Shown here in pieces: positions 22,277-31,861 of a stretch of DNA of 64,000 nucleotides; within the stretch, counting starts at the first letter, position 1; the number at the start of each line of letters is the position of its first letter. This DNA comes from an uncultured delta proteobacterium (GTDB taxonomy: Bacteria > Myxococcota_A > Polyangia > Haliangiales > Haliangiaceae). Under the pieces are notes generated by a model that was not told the origin of the DNA, did no database searches, and saw only the letters and a list, made by a program, of their open reading frames with translations. The position numbers and the translations under genes were made by a program. The stretch covers positions 1,120,001 to 1,184,000 of the forward strand of contig CAWKDB010000010.1 in NCBI GenBank assembly GCA_963848295.1, written 5' to 3'.

Positions 22277-22606
22277 GTGCCGGTCATGCCCACGCTCACC
22301 GGCGCCCGCCAAAACGCCCCTCCGACACTCGCATTCGCGCGTGCGGCCGCGTTGTTTCGCGCGGCCGGCGATGTGCCGCGGCTGCGCCTACTGCACACGC
22401 TCGCCCACTCCGAGTGGTGCGTGTCGGAGCTCGCCGAAAGCGAGGGCACGAAGCTCTCGACGTTGTCGCAGCAGCTACGGGTGCTCTACGCGGAGCGAAT
22501 CGTCGAGCGCCGCCGCGAGGGCAAGCACATCTATTATCGTCTCACCGACGAGCATGTTCGCGAGCTGGTCAGCACCGCGCTCGCCCACGCCGGCGAGCTC
22601 GGCTAG
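22277..22606 (+). CDS. ArsR/SmtB-family repressor with alpha5 metal site
   Basis: FRAAGDVPRLRLL, CVSELA, LSQQLRVL, RREGKHIYY, DEH-x10-HAGE. Confidence 0.9.
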   Translation: MPVMPTLTGARQNAPPTLAFARAAALFRAAGDVPRLRLLHTLAHSEWCVSELAESEGTKLSTLSQQLRVLYAERIVERRREGKHIYYRLTDEHVRELVSTALAHAGELG

Positions 22607-22657
22607 CGCGGTCGGCCGCGCGACCGGACTCGAGTTGTCATCAACGCGTTAGACTAT

Positions 22658-22672
22658 TGCAATGCCTATGCA
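22658..22672. promoter_or_regulatory. Putative Fur-family operator TGCAA-TGCCT-ATGCA
   Basis: Third copy of the palindrome, 22 bp upstream of the SPFH operon ATG. Confidence 0.6.
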
Positions 22673-22694
22673 TGTGCTATGACTGTGCGACCTG

Positions 22695-24621
22695 ATGGAC
22701 GAGACGCCGGCGCCACCAGACGAACCCGCACGACGGTCTTCCGAGCTCGACCCGTATCGCGGCGTGCTTCGCTTGCTCGTCGCGCTCGCGGCGCTCGGAG
22801 CGATCGGGGCGTTCGGAGCGGCGATCGCGATCCCGGCGCCGGCGGCGCTCGATGCGGCGGTCACGTTGGGACTTGCTGCCGGAGTGATCGGCGGTGCCGC
22901 AAAGGCACGAGCGCTCCGCCGCCGACGACCCCATCGAGCCGCGGAACCGCTCGCGGTTCCGCGAGTCGAGGCTGAAGCACGACCTCCGGACGCGACGCCG
23001 TCCGTGACGTCCGAACAGCCGGTGTCGACGTCCGAACCGCCGCCGACGGCGTCGACCGAGCCTCCCGCGCCGGCGGCACCAACGACCGAAGCCGCGGTCG
23101 CCGGTCCGGTCTCCCCCGAGCGGACGAAGGCTCCCGAGCGCATCGCGCCGCCTTCACCAGCCGAAGAGCTGGACAATACGCGTACGTGGGTCGCAGGGGC
23201 GACCATCACGGTCATCGCGCTCGAGCACGTATGGCTGCTCGGCACCGCGTTCCGCCCGGGCTGGGTCGCGACCGGCCTCGTCGTTGCGGCATGCCTCGCG
23301 GCAGCGGGCGTCGCCGGCCTCGCCGCGCGATACCTGATGTCGGTCGAAGCGGCGCAGCTGCCGGAGTCCTCCTCGCTCGGTCGAGGGGCACGCGTCACCG
23401 CGTGGGTGCTCGTGCTCGTCGCGATCGCCGCGACCGCGGCCGGGTTCGGCCTCACCGCTGTGTTCTGGGTCGCCCATCTGCTCGCCGCCACCGTGATCGT
23501 TGGCACGTGCATCGGCCTGTTTCGCAAGCACATCGATCGCGAGCGTCCCGAGTTTCCACTCGACCTCGGCGTACCTGCCGTGCTCGGCGCGCGACCCAAC
23601 ATCATCGCCAGCATGCTCGACGCGGCGCGAGCGCCAGCTCGGGATCGATCTGCGCTCGACGTGGGCGCTGACCGTGCGTCCGCCGCAGCATCGTACCGCT
23701 CGCGCTCGGCCTCGCGTCGCTCGGCTGGTTATCGACGGCCATCTCGATCGTGCGTTCCGACGAGCGGGCGTTCGTCGAACGGTTCGGTGTCCGGCTCGAT
23801 GGGCCCGCGCGCTCTCGCCCGGTATCCACCTGCACTGGCCGTGGCCGATCGACCACGTGACGCGGATTCCGGTCCAGCGCGTGCGCTCGCTGACGGTCGG
23901 CCACGAAGGCCGAAGAGTCCGGCCCGGAGAACGTGCTGTGGGCCCGGCGAGCACGCTGCAAACGAGTACACGCTGCTGCTCGGCAACGGCCGCGATCTGA
24001 TCACGATCGACGCCGACGGTCCAGTACCGCATCGTCGACGCGCGCGCGTGGGCGTACGCGCTGCTCAGAACCCGGCCGACGCGCTGCGCGCCATCGCCTA
24101 TCGCGCGGTCATGCGGGCGACGGTCGAACCGCACACTCGCCGAGGCGCTGTCGCGAGAACGTCGCGACGCTGACGGCGGAGATGCGCGACGACGGTCCAG
24201 CACGACGCCGACGCGCTCGGTCTCGGCGTCGAGGTCGATCGCCTTCACGATCGGCGGGATGCACCCGCCGGTCGAGGTCGCTGCGGCGTACCAGGCCGTG
24301 GTCTCGGCCGAGCTCGGCAAGGTCACCGCGATCGTCGAGGCGCACGCGCAGCGCAATCGTGACCGTCCCGGCGGCGGAGGCCGACGGCGTGGTCAGCGCC
24401 AACGACCGCCGCGCGGCGGAGGCGCCGCGGCGCTCGCGCAGGCGGCCGGCGAGGCATGGAGCTTTCGCACGCTCGAAGCGCAGTACCACGCCGCGCCCGA
24501 GGAGTATCGCTTCCGCCGCCGGCTCGAGACGCTGGAGAAGCGGCCTCGCCGGGCGCGCGCTTCACGATCATCGATGCCCGCATCCTGCGGGATGGCGGTG
24601 GAGCTATGGCTGACGCCGTGA
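22695..24621 (+). CDS. Multi-TM HflK-like SPFH (band 7) protein (heavily frameshifted)
   Basis: Several TM helices, PGIHLHWPWPIDHV, LLGNGRDLITIDA, QYRI, MHPPVEVAAAYQAVVSAE. Confidence 0.75.
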
Positions 24622-25526
24622 AGTACGCGAGACGCTGGCTGCGGGCCACGGTCGGGACTCCTGGCGCTCGCCGCGATCGTGCTTCACGCCTCGGCGGTCG
24701 TCGTGCGTGAAGGCCAGGCGGTGCTCGTCACCCGGTTCGGCGCGCCCGCTTCGCATCGCGACCGAGCCGGGGCTGCACTGGAAGCTGCCGTGGCCGATCG
24801 ACGAGACGACCGTGTCTCGACATGCGGCGCCGCGTCTACGAGACCGGGCACACCGAGATGCTCACGCGCGACAAGAAGAACGTCATCGCGCGCACGTTCG
24901 TGGTGTGGCGCATCGGCGATCCGCTCGCTGTTCACCCAGGCGGTGGGCGACGCAGGCGCAGGCCGACGGCAAGCTCGACGGCCTGCTGACCAACGCCGCG
25001 ATCGCGACGCTCGGCGGCCACGACCTGTCGGCGCTCGTGTCCACCGAGCCCGAACGACCTCCAGGTCGATCAGATCGAGGCCGAACTGCTGGCCTCGACC
25101 GCGCCCGTGGCATTGAAGAGCTACGGGGTCGCGATCGAACAGATCCGACTCGAACGCATCGCGCTGCCCGAGGAGAACGTGACCGCGGTGTTCGACCAGA
25201 TGCGCGCCGAGCGCCGCCAGTTCGCGGCGAAGTACGAGGCCGAAGGCGAGCGCGAGGCAAGCGCGCATCCGCTCCGAGGCGGACCTCGAGGCCGCGAAGC
25301 ATCCGCGCGCAAGGGCGACGAGGAAGCAGCGCGCATCCGCGGCGAGTCCGCGGCCGAGGTCGCGAAGACCTACGCCGATGCGCACAAGGTCGATCCGCGA
25401 GCTCTACCGCTTCACGCGCTCACTCGAGTCGCTCGAGAAGCTCGTCACCAGCGACGCACGTCGCTGATCCTGCGCACCGATTCCGAGCCGTTTTCGCTGC
25501 TGCAGAGCACAGCCGAGCCAAGATGA
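24618..25526 (+). CDS. HflC-like SPFH protein (frameshifted)
   Basis: VVREGQAVLVTRFG, EPGLHWKLPWPID, EMLTRDKKNVI...VWRI, VFDQMRAER; GTGA overlap with upstream gene. Confidence 0.8.
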
Positions 25527-26640
25527 GGCGGCCGCAAGCCGCCGTCGGAGATCGCCCGGCTGGCCGCGCCGCTGGCCCGCGTGCTCGATGCCGGACTGGC
25601 GGCGCATGCACTGGTGGCTCGCGACGATGGCCGTGCTGTACGCGCTCTCCGGCGATCACGCATCGTCAAGCCGGACGAGGTCGCGGTGGTGCTGCGCTGG
25701 GGCGCATGTGGTCGAGTGGAACGCACGGGCCGGGCCTCGCTGTTCGCGCTACCGCGGCCGATCGATGAGGTCGTCCGCGTTCCGATCAAGCACGTCTCCG
25801 AGTTCCGCATCGACACGCTCGCGACGTGCGTACGGGGTGATCGAGCACGCTCGATCCGGTGCAGGCAGGGCTACGCGCTCACCGGCGATCACAACATCGT
25901 CCATGTCGAGATCGTCGCGCACTACCGCGTCCGCGATCCGGTCGAATGGGCGTTCTACGGTCCCAACGCCGACGACGTGCTGCGCGTCGAGGTCACGCGC
26001 CGCGATGGTGCGGTCGCTGGGCGAGATGGGCGTCGATCGCGTGCTGTCCGACGGCCGCAAGGAGCTCATCGCGACCGCGACCGCGGCGCGCGCAGGCCGG
26101 CCTCGATGCCGCCCAGCACCGGGCTCGAGCTGACTCGTCGCTCGAGCTCACGCGACTCGGCTCCGCCCGTCGCGGTGGCGCGCGAGTTCGACGCGGTGCA
26201 GAGCGCGTTCATCGGCGCCGAGACGCAAGAAGAAGGAGGCCCAGGCGTACGCGCAGAGCGCGATTCCCGCACGCGCAGGCGGCCGCCGATCAGGCGGTCC
26301 AAGCTTGCACGCGGCGACGCCGCCGACGGCCATCGCTCGACGCCAAGGGCGACGCCGAGGCCTTCCTGGCGCTCGACCCAGCAGTACCGCCAGAACCCGA
26401 TCGTCGTACGCGAGCGGCTGTACCGCGATGCCGTCGAGCAAGCGCGATCGGCGTGCCGCGAGCGTGCGCTGGGTGCCGCCACCCGACGGCGCGCGATATA
26501 CGGAGCTTCCGGATCGCGATCGACCGCACGGACGCCGGCCGGGCGCCGACTCCGAGCTCCGGCCGCGCCTGCCGCCGGAGGACGCCGTCCGACGAGCAGG
26601 ACGAGGCGCCGTCCGACGACCTCGGGCGGACGATCGATGG
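25523..26640 (+). CDS. HflK-like SPFH protein (frameshifted; end approximate)
   Basis: VKPDEVAVVLRWG, LPRPIDEV, YALTGDHNIVHV...YRVRDP, PPVAVAREFDAVQSA, RERLYRD; ATGA overlap. Confidence 0.75.
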
Positions 26641-28595
26641 AGGACGTGCTGATCGAACCGGTGCCCGGCGTCCTGGCTGCCGAGGAGCGCCGCCGGATCA
26701 GCGTCGGCTCGGCACCGGCCTCGCCGGCCATCGGGCTGCTCGCGCTCGGCACGGTGCTGCTTCACGCTCGCGCCCGATCAATGGCAGATCGGCGAGCTGT
26801 GCCGCGGCGATCGCCGCGCTCGTCGTCGCGGCGTTCCGACGCTGATTCGGGCATTCGCGGCATCATCACCGGCGACACGCGCCGCACGACCGATCAGCTC
26901 GTCGCGATCGCGGTCCTCGCCGCCGCGGCGACCGGCCACTTCGTCACCGCGACGCTCATCCCGCTGTTCCTCGAGATCGGCCGGCTGTTCGAGGAGCGAA
27001 GCGCGCTGGGGGCCCGCGCCGCCATCGACGGCATCCGCGCGCTCGCCGCGCGCCAGGCCGTCAAGCTCCACGGCGACGAAGAGCTCCGCGTCGATCCCGA
27101 CACGCCTGGTGGTCGGCGACGAGATCCTGTCCGTCCGGGCGAGCGCATCGCGGTCGACGGCACCGTCCTCGACGGCCGGCGGCCGTCGATCCATCCGCGA
27201 TCACCGGCGAGTCAGTGCACGACGACGTCGGGCCCGGTAGCCCGGTGTTCGCCGGACGATCGCGCTCGACGGCATGCTCAGGATCCAGGTCCGCGGTGCC
27301 GGTGCCGAACACCGTGCTCGGCCGCGTGGTCAAGCTGCTCGCCGACGTCGAGCGCACGTCGGTGCCCGATGCTGCGCGTTATTCGAGCAGCGCGCCGGCG
27401 TGTGGCTGCCACTGGTGCTCACGCTGGCGGCAACGACGCTGTTCTTCACCAAGGATCTGTCGCGCGCGATCACGGTGCTCGTCGTCGCGACCCCCACCGC
27501 GCTCGTGGTCGCCGGCCCGGCGGCGATGGTCGCCGCTATGAGCGTCGCGACGCGGCTGCGCATGCTCGTCAAGAGCTCCGACTTCTTCGAGCGCGCGCCC
27601 GACGTCGACACGCTGATCCTCGACAAGACCGGCACGGTCACGCTCGGTGCGCCGACGGTCACCGAGCTGCGCCCGACGGCGGGCGTCGCCGACGACGAGC
27701 TTGCTCGCGACCGCGGTCGCGTGCGCTTCGGCTCGCTGCACCCGGTGTCGCGCGCGGTCGTCGCGGCCGGGCACGCCCGCGGGATCGTCGCGCCGACCGA
27801 GCGAGCTGCAGGAGCGTCCGGGCCTCGGCGTGCTCGCTCAGGTCGATGGCGAGCCGCTGCGTGCTAGGTCGGCGAGCGCTGCTCGCGGAGTGCGGGGTCG
27901 AGGTCGCCGCCGACATCGATGACGACGTCTCGCAGGTCTGGGTCGCGCGCGCCGGGAGATGCCTCGGACAGATCGTGCTGCGCGACCGTCCGCGGGGCGA
28001 GGCCCACGAAGCGCTCGCGGCAATGCGCGCGCTCGGAATCGACCGATTCGTGCTGCTCACCGGCGATCGTGCCGCGGCAGCCCACGAGGTCGGCGCGGCG
28101 CTCGGCATGGACGAGGTGATCGCCGAGGTCTTGCCGGCGCAGAAACTCGAGGTCATCCGCGCCCATCAGAAGGCCGGCCGCGTCGTGATGATGGTCGGCG
28201 ACGGCGTCAACGACGCCCCGGCGCTCGCAGGCGCCGACGTCGGCGTCGCGGTCGGCGCCGAGCTCAACGAGGTCGCGCTCGGTGGCGCCGACGCCGCCTT
28301 ACTCGGCGCCGACCTGAGGCGCCTGCCGCGCCTCATCAGGCTCGCCGACACGACGCGCCGCATCCTCGGTCAGAACGTCTGGCTCGCCTTCGGCCTCTCG
28401 CTCATCCTCATCGGATTCGCGGCGCTCGGTGCGCTCGATCCGATGACCGGGGCGCTGGCGCAGAGTGCGGCGGTCATCCTCGTGGTCGTCAACAGTGCGC
28501 GCATCCTCCGGTTCGATGACAAGGCCGCGGCCGTCGACGCCACGCGCGATGCGCCTGGTGAATCTCCACAACCCGCAGCCGCGACCGCAACATGA
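26637..28595 (+). CDS. P1B-type (heavy-metal) ATPase with atypical TPT motif (frameshifted)
   Basis: PGERIAVDG, ITGES, VVATPTALVVAGP, DKTGT, SLHPVS, LTGD, MVGDGVNDAPALA. Confidence 0.88.
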   Translation: MEDVLIEPVPGVLAAEERRRISVGSAPASPAIGLLALGTVLLHARARSMADRRAVPRRSPRSSSRRSDADSGIRGIITGDTRRTTDQLVAIAVLAAAATGHFVTATLIPLFLEIGRLFEERSALGARAAIDGIRALAARQAVKLHGDEELRVDPDTPGGRRRDPVRPGERIAVDGTVLDGRRPSIHPRSPASQCTTTSGPVARCSPDDRARRHAQDPGPRCRCRTPCSAAWSSCSPTSSARRCPMLRVIRAARRRVAATGAHAGGNDAVLHQGSVARDHGARRRDPHRARGRRPGGDGRRYERRDAAAHARQELRLLRARARRRHADPRQDRHGHARCADGHRAAPDGGRRRRRACSRPRSRALRLAAPGVARGRRGRARPRDRRADRASCRSVRASACSLRSMASRCVLGRRALLAECGVEVAADIDDDVSQVWVARAGRCLGQIVLRDRPRGEAHEALAAMRALGIDRFVLLTGDRAAAAHEVGAALGMDEVIAEVLPAQKLEVIRAHQKAGRVVMMVGDGVNDAPALAGADVGVAVGAELNEVALGGADAALLGADLRRLPRLIRLADTTRRILGQNVWLAFGLSLILIGFAALGALDPMTGALAQSAAVILVVVNSARILRFDDKAAAVDATRDAPGESPQPAAATAT

Positions 28596-28626
28596 ACGAC
28601 AGCGTCGCGGGTTGCCGAGACTTCTG

Positions 28627-28686
28627 GACGAGATCGCGACGCTGAACCGCCGCCCCGGCTCGAACCAGGTGTGCTCGCCGTACTGA
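28627..28686 (+). pseudogene. 3' remnant of a paralogue of the downstream gene
   Basis: DEIATLNRRPGSNQVCSPY-stop resembles AELERFNAHRSSKQVFAPY-stop at 29984. Confidence 0.5.
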
Positions 28687-28742
28687 CCGCGTGTCATGCT
28701 GGGAGTGGGCAACCGATCGCCCACTCGGAGGTCTCACCAGCG

Positions 28743-29984
28743 ATGCGCGGCTCGGTGCTCGTGGCGTCAGCGGCGGTCCACGCCGCGCTGTTCGCGGCGA
28801 TGATGCACTGGCTCGATCGCGACGACCATCTGGCACTTGCTGGCACGGCGCCGACACGGGCGCAGCCGACGCCGATCGAGATCTTGCCGCCGAGTGCCAG
28901 CCCGCCGATCGACGTCGAGATGTTACCGCCGGATGTCACGACCCCGACCGCGCCGCTCCCGCCGTCCGCGCCTGCGCCTGCGTCGAATCGCGCGACCGCG
29001 GCGCCGGCCTCGAGCAAGGCGGTCGCCTCCGCGATCGCGCCGACCGGCGACGAGTCGACCGTGCCGACCAGCGAGCACCCGCCTTCGACCGACAATCCAT
29101 TGATGCGCATGCGCGGTCCCCAGCTGCCGAACCTCGGCGACACGCTCGACAAGATCGCCGCCGAGGGCAGCGCCGCGTCACCGCCGGTGGTCCCGAAGAC
29201 CGGGATGCTGCGCGAGAAGGGCCACGACACCGCAAAGATCTACGACACGGTCACGACCGTCGCGGTCGCCGCCGACGGCACGGTCAAGTTCCACGACAAG
29301 TCCGCGGCGGACATCCACTTCGCGCTGCCGTTCATGCACCTGGACGTCGATGGCATCGGCCGCAGCATCGGCCAGGGGCTCCACGAATGGGCCGAGGATC
29401 CCTACGCGCAGACGCGAGTCGGCACGACGCAAGATCAGCCGCGGACGAACCAGGCGGTGCCCGAGCAGTGTGACGAGTGGGGCTCGTGCTTACCGACCGG
29501 TGGTGGGCCCGGCATCGGCCACGCCGAAGAATCGAACGACAACACCGGCGGTGGCAGCGTCATCCCGCTCCTCGGCGGCCACCTCGACGTCACCGATTGG
29601 CTGATGCGCCGCCACCATATGGATCCGTACGCGTCGCGCAAGTTGAAGATCCTCGACGCGACTCGCGACGAACGCGTCGCGCGCGGCGATGCGCACAAGA
29701 CCGAGCAGCTCGAACAGGCGGGCGAATACATGCGCAAGAACCTCGCGACGCTGTACGCGGCCAACGGCTCGCCCGCGGAGAAGCGCGAGGCGTTGTTCGA
29801 GCTTTGGGACGAGTGTGCCGAAGGCGAAGGGCCGCTCGGCGAGGCCGGCGGCCGCGCGCGGATGGAGGTCATCGGCTGGATCGCCGTCCACATCCCGAAG
29901 GGCAATCCCGAGGCGTTCACCGACGCGGAGCTCGAGCGGTTCAACGCCCATCGCAGCTCGAAGCAGGTCTTCGCGCCCTACTGA
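28743..29984 (+). CDS. Hypothetical protein with N-terminal membrane anchor and Pro-rich linker
   Basis: SAAVHAALF anchor, Pro/Ala linker, DPYASRK...ALFELWDECAE. Confidence 0.75.
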   Translation: MRGSVLVASAAVHAALFAAMMHWLDRDDHLALAGTAPTRAQPTPIEILPPSASPPIDVEMLPPDVTTPTAPLPPSAPAPASNRATAAPASSKAVASAIAPTGDESTVPTSEHPPSTDNPLMRMRGPQLPNLGDTLDKIAAEGSAASPPVVPKTGMLREKGHDTAKIYDTVTTVAVAADGTVKFHDKSAADIHFALPFMHLDVDGIGRSIGQGLHEWAEDPYAQTRVGTTQDQPRTNQAVPEQCDEWGSCLPTGGGPGIGHAEESNDNTGGGSVIPLLGGHLDVTDWLMRRHHMDPYASRKLKILDATRDERVARGDAHKTEQLEQAGEYMRKNLATLYAANGSPAEKREALFELWDECAEGEGPLGEAGGRARMEVIGWIAVHIPKGNPEAFTDAELERFNAHRSSKQVFAPY

Positions 29985-30004
29985 GTCCGTGGTACGAACC
30001 GCGG

Positions 30005-31372
30005 GTGTCGGCCCCGCTGATCCCGCTCGGCAAGCGCGCACCCGCGCCACGGCCGCCGCCACCAGCCGGCGCGCCCCGGGTGTTCGTCGAGACCTACGGC
30101 TGTCAGATGAACGTCGCCGACAGCGATCTGATCGGCAGCGTGCTCGCCGATGCCGGCTACGCGCAAGCCGCGCGCGCCGACGATGCCGACGTCATCGTGA
30201 TCAACACGTGCGCGGTGCGCGAGAAAGCCGAGGAGCGCGTGATCGCACGCGCCGCCGAGCTCGGCTCGCACAAGCGCAAGCGGCCCGGCACGGTGCTCGC
30301 GATCGTCGGCTGCATGGCCGAGCATCTCAAGGAAGGCCTGGCCGAACGCGCGCCCGCGGTCGACGTCATCGCCGGGCCCGACAGCTACCGGCGCATGCCC
30401 GAGCTGCTCGCCGCGGCGCGCGCGAAGTCCGGGCTCGTGGTCGACGTCCACCTCGACAAGGCAGAGACCTACGAGGGGCTGTCCGGCGCGGTCGGCGGCG
30501 ATGGCGTCTCGGGCTTCGTGACGATCCAACGCGGCTGCGACAAGTTCTGCACGTTCTGCGTCGTGCCGTTCACCCGCGGTCGCGAGCGCGGCACCCCACC
30601 GCGCGAGGTGTTGCGCCAGGTGCGCGAGCTCGCCGCCGCCGGCTATCGCGAGGTCATGCTGCTCGGGCAGACCGTCAACTCGTACGTCTACGAAGACGTC
30701 ACGTTCGCCGAGCTGCTGCGCGCCGTCGCGCGCACCGACATCGAGCGCATCCGGTTCACGTCGCCGTATCCGGTCGACTTCACCGACGACGTGATCGCCG
30801 CGCTCGCCGAAGAGCCGAAGTTGTGCAAGTACATTCACCTGCCGGTGCAGTCCGGCTCCGATGTCGTGCTCGAGCGGATGCGCCGCGGCTACACCGTCGC
30901 CGACTTTCGCTCGATCGTGTCGCGCCTGCGCGCCGCCATGCCGCACGTCGCGCTATCGACCGACATCCTCAGCGGCTTCTCCGGCGAGACGGAAGGCGAT
31001 CACGCCGCGACGCTGGAGCTCATGCGCGAGATCCGATTCGACAGCGCGTTCATGTTCGCGTACTCCGAGCGCGACCTGACGTTCGCCGCGAAGAAGCTGC
31101 CCGACGATGTCACTCCCGCGATCAAGGCGCGCCGACTCGCCGAGATCGTCGCACTGCAAGAACAGATCTCGGCCGAGGTATTCGCGGCCCACGTCGGGCG
31201 CGCCGAGCGCGTGCTCGTCCACGGCCCGAGCAAGCGCGACCCGGCCCAGCTCGTCGGTCGCACCGATGGCTTCAAGACCGTGATCCTGCCCGCCGGCGTC
31301 GGGGCGGTCGGCGAGATCGTGGACGTAACGATCTCGCGCGCGACGATGGCGACGCTGTTCGCGTCTGTCTGA
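30005..31372 (+). CDS. miaB: tRNA-i6A37 methylthiotransferase MiaB
   Basis: TYGCQMNVADS, NTCAVREKAE, radical SAM CDKFCTFC, HLPVQSGSD, TRAM-like C-terminus. Confidence 0.93.
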   Translation: MSAPLIPLGKRAPAPRPPPPAGAPRVFVETYGCQMNVADSDLIGSVLADAGYAQAARADDADVIVINTCAVREKAEERVIARAAELGSHKRKRPGTVLAIVGCMAEHLKEGLAERAPAVDVIAGPDSYRRMPELLAAARAKSGLVVDVHLDKAETYEGLSGAVGGDGVSGFVTIQRGCDKFCTFCVVPFTRGRERGTPPREVLRQVRELAAAGYREVMLLGQTVNSYVYEDVTFAELLRAVARTDIERIRFTSPYPVDFTDDVIAALAEEPKLCKYIHLPVQSGSDVVLERMRRGYTVADFRSIVSRLRAAMPHVALSTDILSGFSGETEGDHAATLELMREIRFDSAFMFAYSERDLTFAAKKLPDDVTPAIKARRLAEIVALQEQISAEVFAAHVGRAERVLVHGPSKRDPAQLVGRTDGFKTVILPAGVGAVGEIVDVTISRATMATLFASV

Positions 31373-31567
31373 CAGCAGTCTCCCGCGCTCAAGGCGACCC
31401 CGTACATCGCGCGCACCCGCATTGCACTGGTCCTCGTCGGCATCCTCTACGCGTGGACCGCCCACGGGAACTACTACGATCTCAGGCCGTGGCGTGACGG
31501 GACCCTGTTCGACGGTGAACCTAATGGCGAGCTCAAACAGATAATCGACCTCGCGTTCTACATCATC

Positions 31568-31801
31568 GTGTTCACTTGCATCGCCAGCGTCGCGAGCGTC
31601 GTGCTGGCTGCGATCGCGGGCAAGAAGCCTGCGTTTGCGATCTGCACCGCGATCGCGATCTTTGCGTTCTACACCGCGCTTCGAATCTATCAAACCGACG
31701 GCCACTTCATGTCCTACTGGGTGTGGTCGCTGACCACCGTCACGCTCGCAGTGGGCTGCCAAGGCGCCTACGATGTGACCCAAGAATCGCGCCGGCGTTA
31801 G
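31568..31801 (+). CDS. Small membrane protein; frame open from 31373, true start unclear
   Basis: Several hydrophobic segments; no stop between the miaB TGA and 31801. Confidence 0.45.
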   Translation: MFTCIASVASVVLAAIAGKKPAFAICTAIAIFAFYTALRIYQTDGHFMSYWVWSLTTVTLAVGCQGAYDVTQESRRR

Positions 31802-31861
31802 CGCATCTGCTCGACGATCGCGCGCGCTACTCGGCGCGAGCCGAGCAGCGCGAGAGTCTGG

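Noticed and set aside
25581..28595. 1004-aa ORF as a true SPFH-ATPase fusion protein
   Set aside because: The ORF drifts in and out of sensible sequence because of indels; a separate ATPase start at 26637 is more parsimonious
10300..28700. Island as an intact mobile element (ICE, prophage or transposon)
   Set aside because: No integrase, transposase, tRNA target or flanking direct repeats were recognised
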